Positions 49,348 through 58,796 of a stretch of DNA of 64,000 bases are shown piece after piece. Within the stretch, counting starts at the first letter, position 1; every line of letters starts with the position of its first letter. The stretch is from a virus (Duplodnaviria > Caudoviricetes). The translations under genes and the position numbers were made by a program. The stretch lies in IMG/VR virus record IMGVR_UViG_3300022217_000228, positions 1-64,000 of that record; one strand, written 5' to 3'. Under the pieces are notes generated by a model. The model was not told where the DNA came from. It saw only the letters and a list, made by a program, of their open reading frames with translations, and searched no databases.

Positions 49348-50049
49348 CTATTTCAAGCCTTTACAAGTCTTAATTTTTTTCACCCACGGAGTCATACTCT
49401 GTCCTTTATAATACTCCCTGAACCGCCACGATGGCGAATACCAGGTGTCAAGCAGGTGTCCGATTGCAAAAGGGAGTCTCATGGTTAATCCCGATTCAGA
49501 TCCGAATACTGGCATTTTCCAGGTACCTAACTCAGTTAGCATGAGTTCGCGTCCAGGCTTACCAATCTTTCTTTCCTTCTCTATTACTTCCTGAGATGGG
49601 AGAAGCCATTCTTTCTTCACCCCTTTGAACACATATTCCGGTGGAACCTTCTGTCCGGTTTTCTTTGTATCATATGTGTGATACAGCAACTCTCCTACTG
49701 GGACCCAGAAGTACACGTCTATAGTTGGGGTGCCTTTTAGGAAATCCTCACCGGGTTTAAGGTGCACGTTAAAACACTTGCCGTTAATGTCATTAACACA
49801 CATCTTTTTGGCCTTGTATCCATGGCCTGTGAATGAGTTGATAAGCTTGTTTTCATCACAAGCGCCATAAATGACACCGATATCAATATCATAATTGAGG
49901 GAGAAAGTTTTATCACAAATGTATTCGAGCATTCCGCCAAAGCAATGGCACCACCATACTTTATGGCCCATATTATCTTCCATCATATCCATTATGTTTG
50001 TAACACTATCAAGAACCATTTTGGCGAGTTCAACTTTTTCATCAACCAT
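49348..50049 (-). CDS. LicD-like nucleotidyltransferase-fold protein, paralog 2
   Basis: CFGGMLE...YDIDIGV, IDVYF, MRLP...LLDTWY. Confidence 0.7.
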   Translation of the reverse strand: MVDEKVELAKMVLDSVTNIMDMMEDNMGHKVWWCHCFGGMLEYICDKTFSLNYDIDIGVIYGACDENKLINSFTGHGYKAKKMCVNDINGKCFNVHLKPGEDFLKGTPTIDVYFWVPVGELLYHTYDTKKTGQKVPPEYVFKGVKKEWLLPSQEVIEKERKIGKPGRELMLTELGTWKMPVFGSESGLTMRLPFAIGHLLDTWYSPSWRFREYYKGQSMTPWVKKIKTCKGLK

Positions 50050-50329
50050 ATAGGCTCCTCATTTTTCTATCCATATACGGCAATTCATTTTTTAATTGAT
50101 AGACAAGCCAATCTCTTATACTCATAGGTAACTCAAATTTACTATGCTTGAACAACTTTTTCTCGCCATCTTCAAATGTTAAAACATATTCAATAGATGG
50201 TTCATATATTGAGTCTGATATTGATACTTTTTTTAATTTGTGCTCAGTAATATTCAATCTATTAATTGATATAATAGTTGCCTTAAACTGCATATCTGAA
50301 TATCTTAAATCAAAAGGAAGTTTAGCCAT
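50042..50329 (-). CDS. Hypothetical protein
   Basis: Coupled ORF. Confidence 0.6.
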   Translation of the reverse strand: MAKLPFDLRYSDMQFKATIISINRLNITEHKLKKVSISDSIYEPSIEYVLTFEDGEKKLFKHSKFELPMSIRDWLVYQLKNELPYMDRKMRSLYG

Positions 50330-51254
50330 AAATTATCAACTCCCGGAGATGTTTTGCCGCTACTGGAATTGATAACTCGTTATCATAAGTTTCTCTGAGT
50401 TTTAATCGTTTATATGCAAGATCAGATTTTTTAATCGCTACAGCTACAGTATGCCAGAATGATTTTGAATCCACTGTTCGAACCGGATACTTCTCTTTCC
50501 AAAATTGACAAGAATCTAAGGCGATAACCGGAATGCCGCAGGCCAGTGACTCTGGAATTATTCGTGGGCATGAATCTTCGCTTGTGTATGGGGCAATAAT
50601 CACCTTGCATTTAGATATCGCTCGTGGCATTCGATCGTGCTGTATGTATTTTACCGAGAAGTTTGAAGGAGATCGGCAGGCGTGTCCCATTTGGAGAATT
50701 TTCAAGCCTTTCGGAGCAGTTTTATGCACCCATGAGACACGCTTCCGCTTATCCTTCGGCCATATTGCGGAAAATCCTACATCGTATTTTTTTTCGACAG
50801 TACGTGGAAAAAACTGTGGAGTTGCAGGTTTAATGAATAATTTCCCATTCAATCCGCGCTTTCTGCATTTTCTAACCTGTTCTTCGCTGTCACAGAGGAT
50901 CAGATTGTATTTAATACCGTCCTTTGGGATACATCCGTGGTTGGCACCGTAGTAGACTTTCTTAGCTCGTGGATATTTTTTTAGTAAAGGAACGTATTCT
51001 TTGAATCCTCCACGAGCAATAACTATATCAGGACAATCAGCTTTATATCCTTTAAAAGATTTAGTTCCAGATTCAACAAAATTAGAACGATAATAAACTC
51101 TCCTATCATCATTACTATATAAAACCCTACCATAATCTTCTTCACTGACCACTCCGGCAAACAGATGGGTCCACATGTCCGTGCACTCATCGAGTGAGTT
51201 CCAGGCACATTCTTTATGCCGTTCCATGCGGCCTCTAAGAAATAGCCAATTCAT
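50322..51254 (-). CDS. GT4-like glycosyltransferase
   Basis: EDSCPRIIPESLACGIPVI. Confidence 0.8.
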   Translation of the reverse strand: MNWLFLRGRMERHKECAWNSLDECTDMWTHLFAGVVSEEDYGRVLYSNDDRRVYYRSNFVESGTKSFKGYKADCPDIVIARGGFKEYVPLLKKYPRAKKVYYGANHGCIPKDGIKYNLILCDSEEQVRKCRKRGLNGKLFIKPATPQFFPRTVEKKYDVGFSAIWPKDKRKRVSWVHKTAPKGLKILQMGHACRSPSNFSVKYIQHDRMPRAISKCKVIIAPYTSEDSCPRIIPESLACGIPVIALDSCQFWKEKYPVRTVDSKSFWHTVAVAIKKSDLAYKRLKLRETYDNELSIPVAAKHLRELIIYG

Positions 51255-52180
51255 AAAACTCTTTCGAAAAATGTTAGATACTGCCGTGCTATGTTATCTA
51301 TATACAAATCTTTGGCAAATATATTGTCATGTTTCCAAGTTAGTACACTTTTCATGGCATTGATAAGCTCTTCTTGGTTTATTTTTGGTGGTTTGTCGAG
51401 ATTGATTGGTTTGTATTTGAAAGGCTTATCCTTTAGCACTTTACCGTATCGCAGTATCTCTTTCGTTCCACCTTGATCGGTGCAGATTACCGGTAGCCCG
51501 GCTATTTGGGCCTCTACAACGCTATTCGGCGATGCATCCACGTATGTTAAATGGATCATAGCGTTGCATTTACAGTAAAAATTAGCTATAGTATCATCAT
51601 CACATAGTCCACAGAATATTACATTGTGTGATAAATATTTTTTCCATATACCTTGACTATCTCCTAATATATAGATATAACTATTTGCTATATTTGCATC
51701 ATTGAATGCTTTAACAATTTGCTTAAGCCTTTTTTGTTTCAACCAAACACGAGTACTTGCCATAAAATTTATTCTATCATCGTCATCATGGGAAGGTATA
51801 TTATACTCTCTCGGATCAGCCCCATTAAAAATAATCGTTTCCGGCTTATCTGGATGGCACACGAGCTTGTGGTAGATTTTCTTCGAATACTTTGATTGGT
51901 AGATTATGGCATCTGCCTTCTTGATACTCTGGGCCTTTTCGTGGTTGATTTTGCGGTAGTTCATTTGAGTTGAGATACAGGCCGGACCAACGCGGAGAAC
52001 TTGTTTTCTTGCCTTGTTGGAATAATGGCAGCGGCCCACATTTAAGGCAATATCAGCCTTGGCTTTTGGATCCTCAGTAATATTAACACCCATCTCTTTC
52101 CAAGCTCTAACAAGGCGGTTTGCGAACTTTGATTTTCCCGTTTTCCCACGTAGGTAATGGCTATTTATTTGGATTCGCAT
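51251..52180 (-). CDS. GT4 glycosyltransferase, paralog of 10682-11605
   Basis: IIYQS, IIFNG, DASPNSVVEAQIAGLPVI. Confidence 0.9.
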   Translation of the reverse strand: MRIQINSHYLRGKTGKSKFANRLVRAWKEMGVNITEDPKAKADIALNVGRCHYSNKARKQVLRVGPACISTQMNYRKINHEKAQSIKKADAIIYQSKYSKKIYHKLVCHPDKPETIIFNGADPREYNIPSHDDDDRINFMASTRVWLKQKRLKQIVKAFNDANIANSYIYILGDSQGIWKKYLSHNVIFCGLCDDDTIANFYCKCNAMIHLTYVDASPNSVVEAQIAGLPVICTDQGGTKEILRYGKVLKDKPFKYKPINLDKPPKINQEELINAMKSVLTWKHDNIFAKDLYIDNIARQYLTFFERVL

Positions 52181-52392
52181 AATACCGGAACCTTACCATC
52201 GTTCCATAAATAATAATATTTATCACCAATTTTTATAGGCTTTAACCGATTTTTCTCGGCCCATCTTATTAGTGCATCTAGCTCTTCATTGCTTAATTTA
52301 ACGTCTGGTTCATGTTTTATTTTCATTAGATAATATCCAACCAAACAAATAAAAAGGGCAGGGGTGAGAAGCTCGAAAAGAAACCGCCCCAT
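52165..52392 (-). CDS. Small membrane protein
   Basis: N-terminal transmembrane segment. Confidence 0.5.
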   Translation of the reverse strand: MGRFLFELLTPALFICLVGYYLMKIKHEPDVKLSNEELDALIRWAEKNRLKPIKIGDKYYYLWNDGKVPVLCESK

Positions 52393-52460
52393 TTAACGGA
52401 TAGACCGACCCTATTTTTAATCATAATGAGTTTTCGAGCCTCATCTATAATATATCGTCA

Positions 52461-53072
52461 TTAATCATCGATGTCAATATAATAATACCGCCTTCTCTTG
52501 GTGTCATATGTAATATCGCCCATCTTCAGCGAACCGGTAGTTTTCAACCCTGCAGCTTTCATCTTTCTTTTTACCTTGGCTACAAATCTCAAATACCCCT
52601 CTGGATTATGTTCTGGATGCTCTTTCTGATCAAGGCAATTGAAATCATATGGATAGCCCCTGAGATAATCATTCCATGCTTTTTCATGGTAGTGTATATG
52701 GCGGGTTTTTACCCCATATGCTTTGGCTCGATGTCTCGTATTTTTATACAGAATATTAATCTGTACTGTTATTATCTTCTCCGCCGGTGGAGATAGGCCT
52801 AGTGCGTGAAGTTTGTTTTGCTTTCGAAACATTCTTCTTACGTACCGGAGCTTTTGCGCTTTTTTCCATGCCAGGCTGTAGTAAACTTGGATCCCGACGT
52901 TTTCGCTTTTTCTTTTGTAAATCTTCACTCTTCCCTTCAACAGGAGTTCTTTCCCGAGCAGAAGTCCGTGGCATCCTTTTAGACGACCTTCTTTGTCTGT
53001 TTGATGTACCCGATCTGCTGGTGGTTTTAGTTTTACCCTCGGTATCTGTTTCGCCACCCCTCGTATCTCCAT
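52461..53072 (-). CDS. Putative kinase-fold protein, paralog of 15482-16075
   Basis: VGIQVYY, YDF...HPEHNPEGY, MGDITY, YYID. Confidence 0.5.
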   Translation of the reverse strand: MEIRGVAKQIPRVKLKPPADRVHQTDKEGRLKGCHGLLLGKELLLKGRVKIYKRKSENVGIQVYYSLAWKKAQKLRYVRRMFRKQNKLHALGLSPPAEKIITVQINILYKNTRHRAKAYGVKTRHIHYHEKAWNDYLRGYPYDFNCLDQKEHPEHNPEGYLRFVAKVKRKMKAAGLKTTGSLKMGDITYDTKRRRYYYIDIDD

Positions 53073-53820
53073 CGGCTTCTTCCTTTTCTTTTGTATGCAT
53101 AGTTATGTTATCGATTGTATTTTTTGCATCTTCTAATACGGGTTGGGGTATTAGTGGTTTTTCTTCAGCTCCTTTAGTCTGATTTACAAGCATTTGTTTT
53201 CCACTTTCAACACGCTTTTCCCCAATAATAAAGTGAAATTTTTCATTTGGTCCCCATTCAAGTTTAACATAAAATCCATTCCTTGCCAGGAACTTAGCTA
53301 CATTCTTCGGGTGCCAAAAACCGTAACTATTATGCGTCCGTCGTCCCTTTTTATTTCTCTTAGCATAACGACTCTGAACGACAACTACATCCAGCTTCGG
53401 CAGAATCTCTTTCTCGAACATCTGCACTTCTTTGTCGCTGAAGTGGTAGAGGACGTATGAGAGGTACGCGGCATTGACACTTATTTTGAAGTCACCGCGT
53501 TCGGCACGTTTCATATATGTTTTGATACTCATGTTCAGGAAAGCCGTGTTCTTTGATTCAATCTGCTTTTGAGTTTCAAGCGCTTGGTTCCAATATCCTA
53601 TTTCAGCTTCCACGCCGGTATAGTTCTTTGCTACTTGTGCAATATGATACGCAGCGAGTCCGGCATTACAACCTACTTCGAGAACGTTTTTATCCTTAAA
53701 GACATCAATGTGTTTCAGCAGCATCGGGAATCGGACTTTGTACCGATCAAACTTTTGATACGTACTGCTGTGTTTTCCCCAGTTTTTCGTCAGTTCTTTG
53801 TATTGGTCTTTGGTTAGCAT
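52756..53820 (-). CDS. SAM-dependent methyltransferase with long basic tail, paralog of 14892-15485
   Basis: VLEVGCNAG, YTGVE, SYVLYH. Confidence 0.85.
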   Translation of the reverse strand: MLTKDQYKELTKNWGKHSSTYQKFDRYKVRFPMLLKHIDVFKDKNVLEVGCNAGLAAYHIAQVAKNYTGVEAEIGYWNQALETQKQIESKNTAFLNMSIKTYMKRAERGDFKISVNAAYLSYVLYHFSDKEVQMFEKEILPKLDVVVVQSRYAKRNKKGRRTHNSYGFWHPKNVAKFLARNGFYVKLEWGPNEKFHFIIGEKRVESGKQMLVNQTKGAEEKPLIPQPVLEDAKNTIDNITMHTKEKEEADGDTRGGETDTEGKTKTTSRSGTSNRQRRSSKRMPRTSARERTPVEGKSEDLQKKKRKRRDPSLLQPGMEKSAKAPVRKKNVSKAKQTSRTRPISTGGEDNNSTD

Positions 53821-53878
53821 ACTTTCTCCTTTTTTATCAGTATATATTAAACATTTTTCTGTGACATCATTTTGGCGT

Positions 53879-54841
53879 TCACTTCACCACCTCAATCAAT
53901 TTCTTCATACACTGTTCTCTGCTACCTATTTTACTTAATATAAGCTCTTTGTGGGCTTCGTTCAAGGAATTATCGGCTTCTTCAATTGCTTCAACTGCGC
54001 TATCTACGTCGAGTGCTTTGTATTTCAATGCTGTTACGCCATCTATGCAGTGATCGCTGCAGCCGGCAAGAGAAGCATCCGGATAAACTATTGCACAACC
54101 ACAAAGAGCAGCTTCTATAGGAACATTATGTAGTCCTTCTTTTGTACTCGTGCACACCCATGTTCCAACTAAGTTGTACATTCGAATTAAATCGCTGTAC
54201 TGTGCGTTTTTCACAAACCAATCAAATCTCTTCTTCGTGAACACTTTTATTTTATGATTAAGATCGACTCCGTAACCATAGTATTTGTACTTTTTCCCAA
54301 GTTTTTTTATTACTTCCATGGCGAATTCGAAGTGTTTGCGTTTTTTGCTGGAAACGAGGAATCCAATGCTTTTTGGTTCGTGGAGTTTGAGATCGCGCCA
54401 TTTTTTCAGATCCACACCTTGGTACACTACATCTACCGGTTCAATACCATGGCGCATAAACCACGTATATAGATCCTCGCTATTTACTATTACTTTAATC
54501 TTTGCAGCTTTTTTTAGAATTTTTCTTTTTGGCATGCTGTGGTTCTCAACTAATCTGCAGTACCAATAGGCCTTAGCTTTTTTCGGCATTGTTTTTAGCA
54601 TAGGGTCAATGTCGCTTACTGAGCATGCTATGCATACATCGGTATCAGAAGGAATGTGTCTTAATGGTTTTTTATGTTTAATCCACGTACATTTATCTGA
54701 ATGAGTAACTATATGTGTTTTATGCCCCAGCTTAGTAAGAGTTTTACATGACATTATTATGGTTTTAGAACCACCTGTTTTATTAAGACCGCCATAATAG
54801 TGATGTTGACATGCAAATATTATTTTCATACTTTTATCCAA
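53879..54841 (-). CDS. GT4 glycosyltransferase
   Basis: STKEGLHNVPIEAALCG (E-x7-E). Confidence 0.88.
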   Translation of the reverse strand: MDKSMKIIFACQHHYYGGLNKTGGSKTIIMSCKTLTKLGHKTHIVTHSDKCTWIKHKKPLRHIPSDTDVCIACSVSDIDPMLKTMPKKAKAYWYCRLVENHSMPKRKILKKAAKIKVIVNSEDLYTWFMRHGIEPVDVVYQGVDLKKWRDLKLHEPKSIGFLVSSKKRKHFEFAMEVIKKLGKKYKYYGYGVDLNHKIKVFTKKRFDWFVKNAQYSDLIRMYNLVGTWVCTSTKEGLHNVPIEAALCGCAIVYPDASLAGCSDHCIDGVTALKYKALDVDSAVEAIEEADNSLNEAHKELILSKIGSREQCMKKLIEVVK

Positions 54842-55263
54842 GCTATTTTTTTAGCTTTTTCCAGAGTGATAGACTTTCCTCTTCTGAATTCTATTGTCGG
54901 ATATTTAAACATGATGCAGTCTTGTTTGTGCACCCATAAAACGAAAGACCAGTGATTGCAAGCGTGCCACGATAAAAAATTTTTGACTTGATCGTCTGAT
55001 AACCTACTGTGAAAAAGTTTATCACTATCGCATAATTTTACTTCGATGAATGCCGGAAGCCAAAAACCATCTTGCGGGATAGAGCAGATGAAATCACACG
55101 GTGTCCCCCCGGTGTGAACAACTCTATTGTACTTTTTAATGAACACCTTTTTTGTTTCCAGCTTATGCACATTTTCGAAGCTGTTTTCTTTGAAAAACCA
55201 GCGCGCCCGATCTTCTCCGAATTTACCGAGTTTCTGAGGGTTGACTAGTTGCATTTTCATCAA
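54826..55263 (-). CDS. PD-(D/E)xK Holliday junction resolvase-like protein
   Basis: GKFGED, PCDF, FIEVK. Confidence 0.7.
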   Translation of the reverse strand: MMKMQLVNPQKLGKFGEDRARWFFKENSFENVHKLETKKVFIKKYNRVVHTGGTPCDFICSIPQDGFWLPAFIEVKLCDSDKLFHSRLSDDQVKNFLSWHACNHWSFVLWVHKQDCIMFKYPTIEFRRGKSITLEKAKKIAWIKV

Positions 55264-55615
55264 ATAAATCGATCGTTGTATTGTTGTTATTTGAATTTCT
55301 ATTATTCATATGTTTTAACAGATCAAGTCTTAGGTGGCAACGTTGACACAGAGCTATTAAATTTTGTTTAGTACTATTCATTTTATTTCCATCAATATGA
55401 TGCACAGTAAGAACTATTTTAGTTTCTTTAAAATCGACACCACATTCGTCTAATGTTTCTGTATATTCCCATGGATGCGAATAATCACTATTAAACCTGC
55501 CGACAATAATACCGTTTGGAGCAAAGCACAGCTCACACTTATTACCAGCATCTTTGATTACCTGTTTTGATAGCCATTTCCAATTTTCTGGATATTCTTT
55601 GTAATCTATTGGCAT
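55223..55615 (-). CDS. HNH endonuclease-family protein
   Basis: CELC, LTVHHIDGNKMN...NLIALCQRCHL. Confidence 0.85.
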   Translation of the reverse strand: MPIDYKEYPENWKWLSKQVIKDAGNKCELCFAPNGIIVGRFNSDYSHPWEYTETLDECGVDFKETKIVLTVHHIDGNKMNSTKQNLIALCQRCHLRLDLLKHMNNRNSNNNNTTIDLFDENATSQPSETR

Positions 55616-55654
55616 CTTATTTCATCCACCACGTTAAGGTTAATATTATTGCAT

Positions 55655-55885
55655 TCATGCCGGTGTGGATTCGTTGTCATATTTTGTCAATTCAACTACT
55701 ATAGGCTCACTATTGAGATATCTTCTTAATTGGCTGGCACACCGAAAACAAATGTGTATATTGTCGGTACAACCATAACCACCGATAGTGAAATCATATA
55801 AATTGCTAAAATGTAGGCCATACAGCTTTGTTGGTTCGATGTCCTCATTGCAGATGTTACACCTATACAGTTTTTTCATTGCCAT
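55655..55885 (-). CDS. Zn-finger hypothetical protein
   Basis: CNIC...HICFRC; GGAG RBS. Confidence 0.65.
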   Translation of the reverse strand: MAMKKLYRCNICNEDIEPTKLYGLHFSNLYDFTIGGYGCTDNIHICFRCASQLRRYLNSEPIVVELTKYDNESTPA

Positions 55886-55989
55886 TGATTACTCCTATTT
55901 AAATACTCCCGGAGACTTTCACCGCCGGGCCGGTGTCCCACTTTTGTTTTTATAACCTCGTTCAAAGTGTGGCTTAATGTCGAGGTGTA

Positions 55990-57030
55990 TTATGACAAAA
56001 TCATTTCTGCTTCGACATAGGAAGCACGCAACTCAGAAACATGATTAGTCGTCATTTTCTTTTTTAATTCAGGAGTTATTTCTTTTCCGAGTTTTTTTAA
56101 ATCGTCCAGAGATTCGCACAATACAATTCTCCCTTTGTATTTTTTAAGAATTGTGGTAGATTCAGACTCTTTTAGTGCGTCTTCTTTGGTTATTTGTTCG
56201 GCGTCTATTGCTGCTGTTTCATCTTCTGATTTCATGGCAGCCTGCTTACCGCCAAGAAGAGGAAGAAGTGGCTTGATAAGGTTGTCATAATTAGGCGAAA
56301 TTATTGTACGACCTGATAGTATCCCGGTGCGATCCTTCTCAGCAAATGCTGTGATTGATGCCAAACCACCCTTTTTGTCTTTAGTTGACTCCATGTGCAT
56401 TAGAATGTGTGGCTCGTATGGTGTTTCACCTTCTGCCTTCATTTTAGTGCCAATGTTTTTTAATTCGCCTGTTTCTTCATCTTCTTCGAAGTCGTTGCCC
56501 TGTCGACCGCATATAATCACATGCATTGGAGAAGAAAGAAGGTAATTGATTAATTCTTTATAGGGTTTTTTGATTTTTCCCCAAGCATGAAAAGGAATCG
56601 TACCTGCTGATGTAATTTTTCCTTTGTATGCCTGTTTTGACGCTTCCCAGATGTGAGTTATAGAGTCTATGATTATTATTCCATACTCATTTGGATTAAG
56701 TCCTTTTACGTCGCTAATTACTTCTGTAATGGAGCGGGTATAATTAGCATCAAAATCAAAGGCTCTCGGGTGTACTTTTCTTTCCTCCACATCCTTGCAG
56801 TAAAAATCTGTTCCACGCTCAGTATCAACAAATGCTATTCGTTTTCCGGTAAACGCTGCTAATCCTTCGGCACATAGGAGCGCCGTAAATGTTTTCCCGC
56901 TTCCTGATTTCCCATAAAAACCGATTTTTAATGCTGCTTGCTCTGCCTTTGCTTTTCTAAATCCAGCCATAATTAAATCCCTTTCACCTATTGCATAATT
57001 GTAAATGGACAAATCTTTCTTTAATCTCAC
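55990..57030 (-). CDS. AAA-family ATPase, Sak4-like phage recombination protein (likely start 56970)
   Basis: YGKSGSGKT, FVDTERG, IIIDSITH, HVIICGR. Confidence 0.85.
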   Translation of the reverse strand: MRLKKDLSIYNYAIGERDLIMAGFRKAKAEQAALKIGFYGKSGSGKTFTALLCAEGLAAFTGKRIAFVDTERGTDFYCKDVEERKVHPRAFDFDANYTRSITEVISDVKGLNPNEYGIIIIDSITHIWEASKQAYKGKITSAGTIPFHAWGKIKKPYKELINYLLSSPMHVIICGRQGNDFEEDEETGELKNIGTKMKAEGETPYEPHILMHMESTKDKKGGLASITAFAEKDRTGILSGRTIISPNYDNLIKPLLPLLGGKQAAMKSEDETAAIDAEQITKEDALKESESTTILKKYKGRIVLCESLDDLKKLGKEITPELKKKMTTNHVSELRASYVEAEMILS

Positions 57031-57114
57031 AAAACGATTTTACCCACTGCTTATCAGATTTTCTTTTAACCACGATTCCACAGTGTACACACCTGTATTT
57101 TCTGATTCGTATTT

Positions 57115-57303
57115 TCATTGCTGTGTTATAGGCTGTTGGCAAGATTCCTCATTTCTTAAAATGCGAGGACAATCACCCTCTTCACAACGATGTGTTTCGT
57201 TAATTCTCGACAAACAAACATAGCCCAAATTACCCCCATGACAGCGTTCACGCGCATTACAAAACCATTTGAATTTATCGAAATCTTCATTTAATAGAAG
57301 CAT
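57115..57303 (-). CDS. Last cassette gene, Cys-rich; followed by a degenerate attC
   Basis: GGAG RBS; inverse core GCCTATAAC at 57125-57133. Confidence 0.65.
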   Translation of the reverse strand: MLLLNEDFDKFKWFCNARERCHGGNLGYVCLSRINETHRCEEGDCPRILRNEESCQQPITQQ

Positions 57304-57332
57304 TTTACTCCAATCGTTTTGAATTGCCTATT

Positions 57333-57468
57333 GCCTACAACGTTTGCGAAATGTGCGCCGTTAAAACCTATAGCCACAATGAGGACACGATTCAACGGTA
57401 TCCACCTTGATTAACTTACGACAACCAGGGCACGGCTCTTTTAATGGCGCACTTTCTGCTGTTGATGG
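57333..57468 (-). other. attC-like site S1
   Basis: + strand: GCCTACAAC-GTTTGCGAAATGTGCGCC ... GGCGCACTTTCTGCT-GTTGATGG. Confidence 0.88.
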
Positions 57469-57645
57469 TTGTGCTACGGGTTCCACAGTGTAATCAGCGC
57501 TCGACAGGAAATTTTCCAACCCTCGTAATTCTGCCTGTGCTGCCCGTTCACAACCGAGTTTAACTTCATTACCTGCTAATTGTTCAACAGCTATACTACT
57601 GGAAATAACCTTTAATCTGGACTCGATATATTCTGATAGTTTCAT
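57361..57645 (-). CDS. Cassette gene with C-terminal Zn ribbon inside the attC loop
   Basis: CPGC...CPHC. Confidence 0.7.
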   Translation of the reverse strand: MKLSEYIESRLKVISSSIAVEQLAGNEVKLGCERAAQAELRGLENFLSSADYTVEPVAQPSTAESAPLKEPCPGCRKLIKVDTVESCPHCGYRF

Positions 57646-57680
57646 AATTGCGTTTATCCAATCTATTTAAGAGTAGCATT

Positions 57681-57857
57681 TCCACCAACGGACTAGGCAT
57701 CCGCCCGAAGTTGCCGTTCTAAAAATTCGTGATACATTTCTGCCATAAAAACAACATCATCTTTAATGCCACCTGCTCCAATTTCCCACAAATATTCAAT
57801 AAATGATTCCTTATTGTCTTCCCATAACGGCAATTTTGGGCTGCCTGGGTTGGTGGA
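57681..57857 (-). other. attC-like site S2
   Basis: TCCACCAAC..AGGCATCCGCCCGAAGTTGCCG ... CGGCAATTTTGGGCTGCCT..GTTGGTGGA. Confidence 0.88.
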
Positions 57858-57986
57858 TGCGTTTTCGACCTTAGTTAAAGCTTCTTTTATGCGATACCAC
57901 GAATCAATAACTTTTTCTGGGTGACAAATATATTTAAAACTTGAGTCTATCGTTTTTATGTCATCAGTAAGCATAAAAGACTCCAA
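57693..57986 (-). CDS. Cassette gene, related to 63546-63797
   Basis: Shared STNxGSPKLP and RQLRAxA. Confidence 0.7.
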   Translation of the reverse strand: MESFMLTDDIKTIDSSFKYICHPEKVIDSWYRIKEALTKVENASTNPGSPKLPLWEDNKESFIEYLWEIGAGGIKDDVVFMAEMYHEFLERQLRADA

Positions 57987-58000
57987 TCAACTGAACGTTT

Positions 58001-58076
58001 CCACCAACGTCTTGGCATACCAGAAGTGCGTCAGCATTTGGGAGAGGCTTCCGAACCTGCTATTGTTTGTTATAGG
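58001..58076 (-). other. attC-like site S3 (short, weaker pairing)
   Basis: CCACCAAC..TGGCA..GAAG ... CTTC..TGCTA..GTTATAGG. Confidence 0.65.
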
Positions 58077-58083
58077 CTGTTTG

Positions 58084-58617
58084 TCAACCATCCTTATTAT
58101 CCTTTTTGGAGGCGGTCTTAGCATTAGCACAAAAATCTAACCATCCTTCCTTATTACCTGTTTTCAAAAATGGCTCTGCTGCGGCTAATACCTGAAGCGC
58201 GTTCGTGTAATATGTAAGACCTTCTCCGTGACTGCCCCAAAGGTTAGTAATTCCAAGGCAGGAAGCTAACGCCGATATCGTTGCCCCATGAGCAGACTGT
58301 AGAACATCAGAGCCGTTTTTGAATATCCAATCGAGGTTAGATTTTTGTGTAGCTTCTTCTTTCTCCTCATTTCCCCATTGCTGCAATAGATCCATACGAT
58401 CCGATTGAATTAATTCTAATTGTTGCTCGTAATACCATGACGATTCGCCTCTACCTTTTATATGAATGGTATATTGTTGCGATTCGCGTTTACCGCCTCC
58501 ATATTGGTCTTTATATGACCCAATTACAATAGCGTAACAGTCTGATTCAAAATGTGACATCGTGGGACCGAGGTCTTTTATTACGTGAACAAAGTCTCCT
58601 TTGTGATATTTTTGCAT
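58084..58617 (-). CDS. Cassette gene, hypothetical with SH3/KOW-like N-terminus
   Basis: KGDFVHV...AIVIGSY...SWY; GGAGG RBS. Confidence 0.75.
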   Translation of the reverse strand: MQKYHKGDFVHVIKDLGPTMSHFESDCYAIVIGSYKDQYGGGKRESQQYTIHIKGRGESSWYYEQQLELIQSDRMDLLQQWGNEEKEEATQKSNLDWIFKNGSDVLQSAHGATISALASCLGITNLWGSHGEGLTYYTNALQVLAAAEPFLKTGNKEGWLDFCANAKTASKKDNKDG

Positions 58618-58658
58618 TAGTAGCCTCCAAAACTACAATATAAAACGGTTGATAAATT

Positions 58659-58796
58659 GCCTATAACGGTTTGCGAAATGGCCGAAGTAGTGCACCCGCC
58701 GAAGCTCCCGTTGAGCTTGCACTGTTTATGTCGGGTTAGTGCGCGGCCCACGTCGGAAGTATCGAGTGCACTATTTTGACCTTTCGCTGTTATTGG
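58659..58796 (-). other. attC-like site S4
   Basis: GCCTATAAC..GCGAAATGGCCGAAGTAGTGCAC ... GTGCACTATTTTGACCTTTCGC-T-GTTATTGG; the ORF stop TAA lies in the inverse core. Confidence 0.9.

Noticed and set aside
55880-55990. Additional attC site
   Set aside because: There is a small CCCGG/CCGGG hairpin and a TATAAC, but no paired arms or matching GTT core.
5300-57000. Numerous short antisense ORFs in the track (e.g. 18006-18464, 27115-27534, 52787-53182)
   Set aside because: They lie fully opposite well-supported genes, lack RBSs and motifs, and reflect codon bias.
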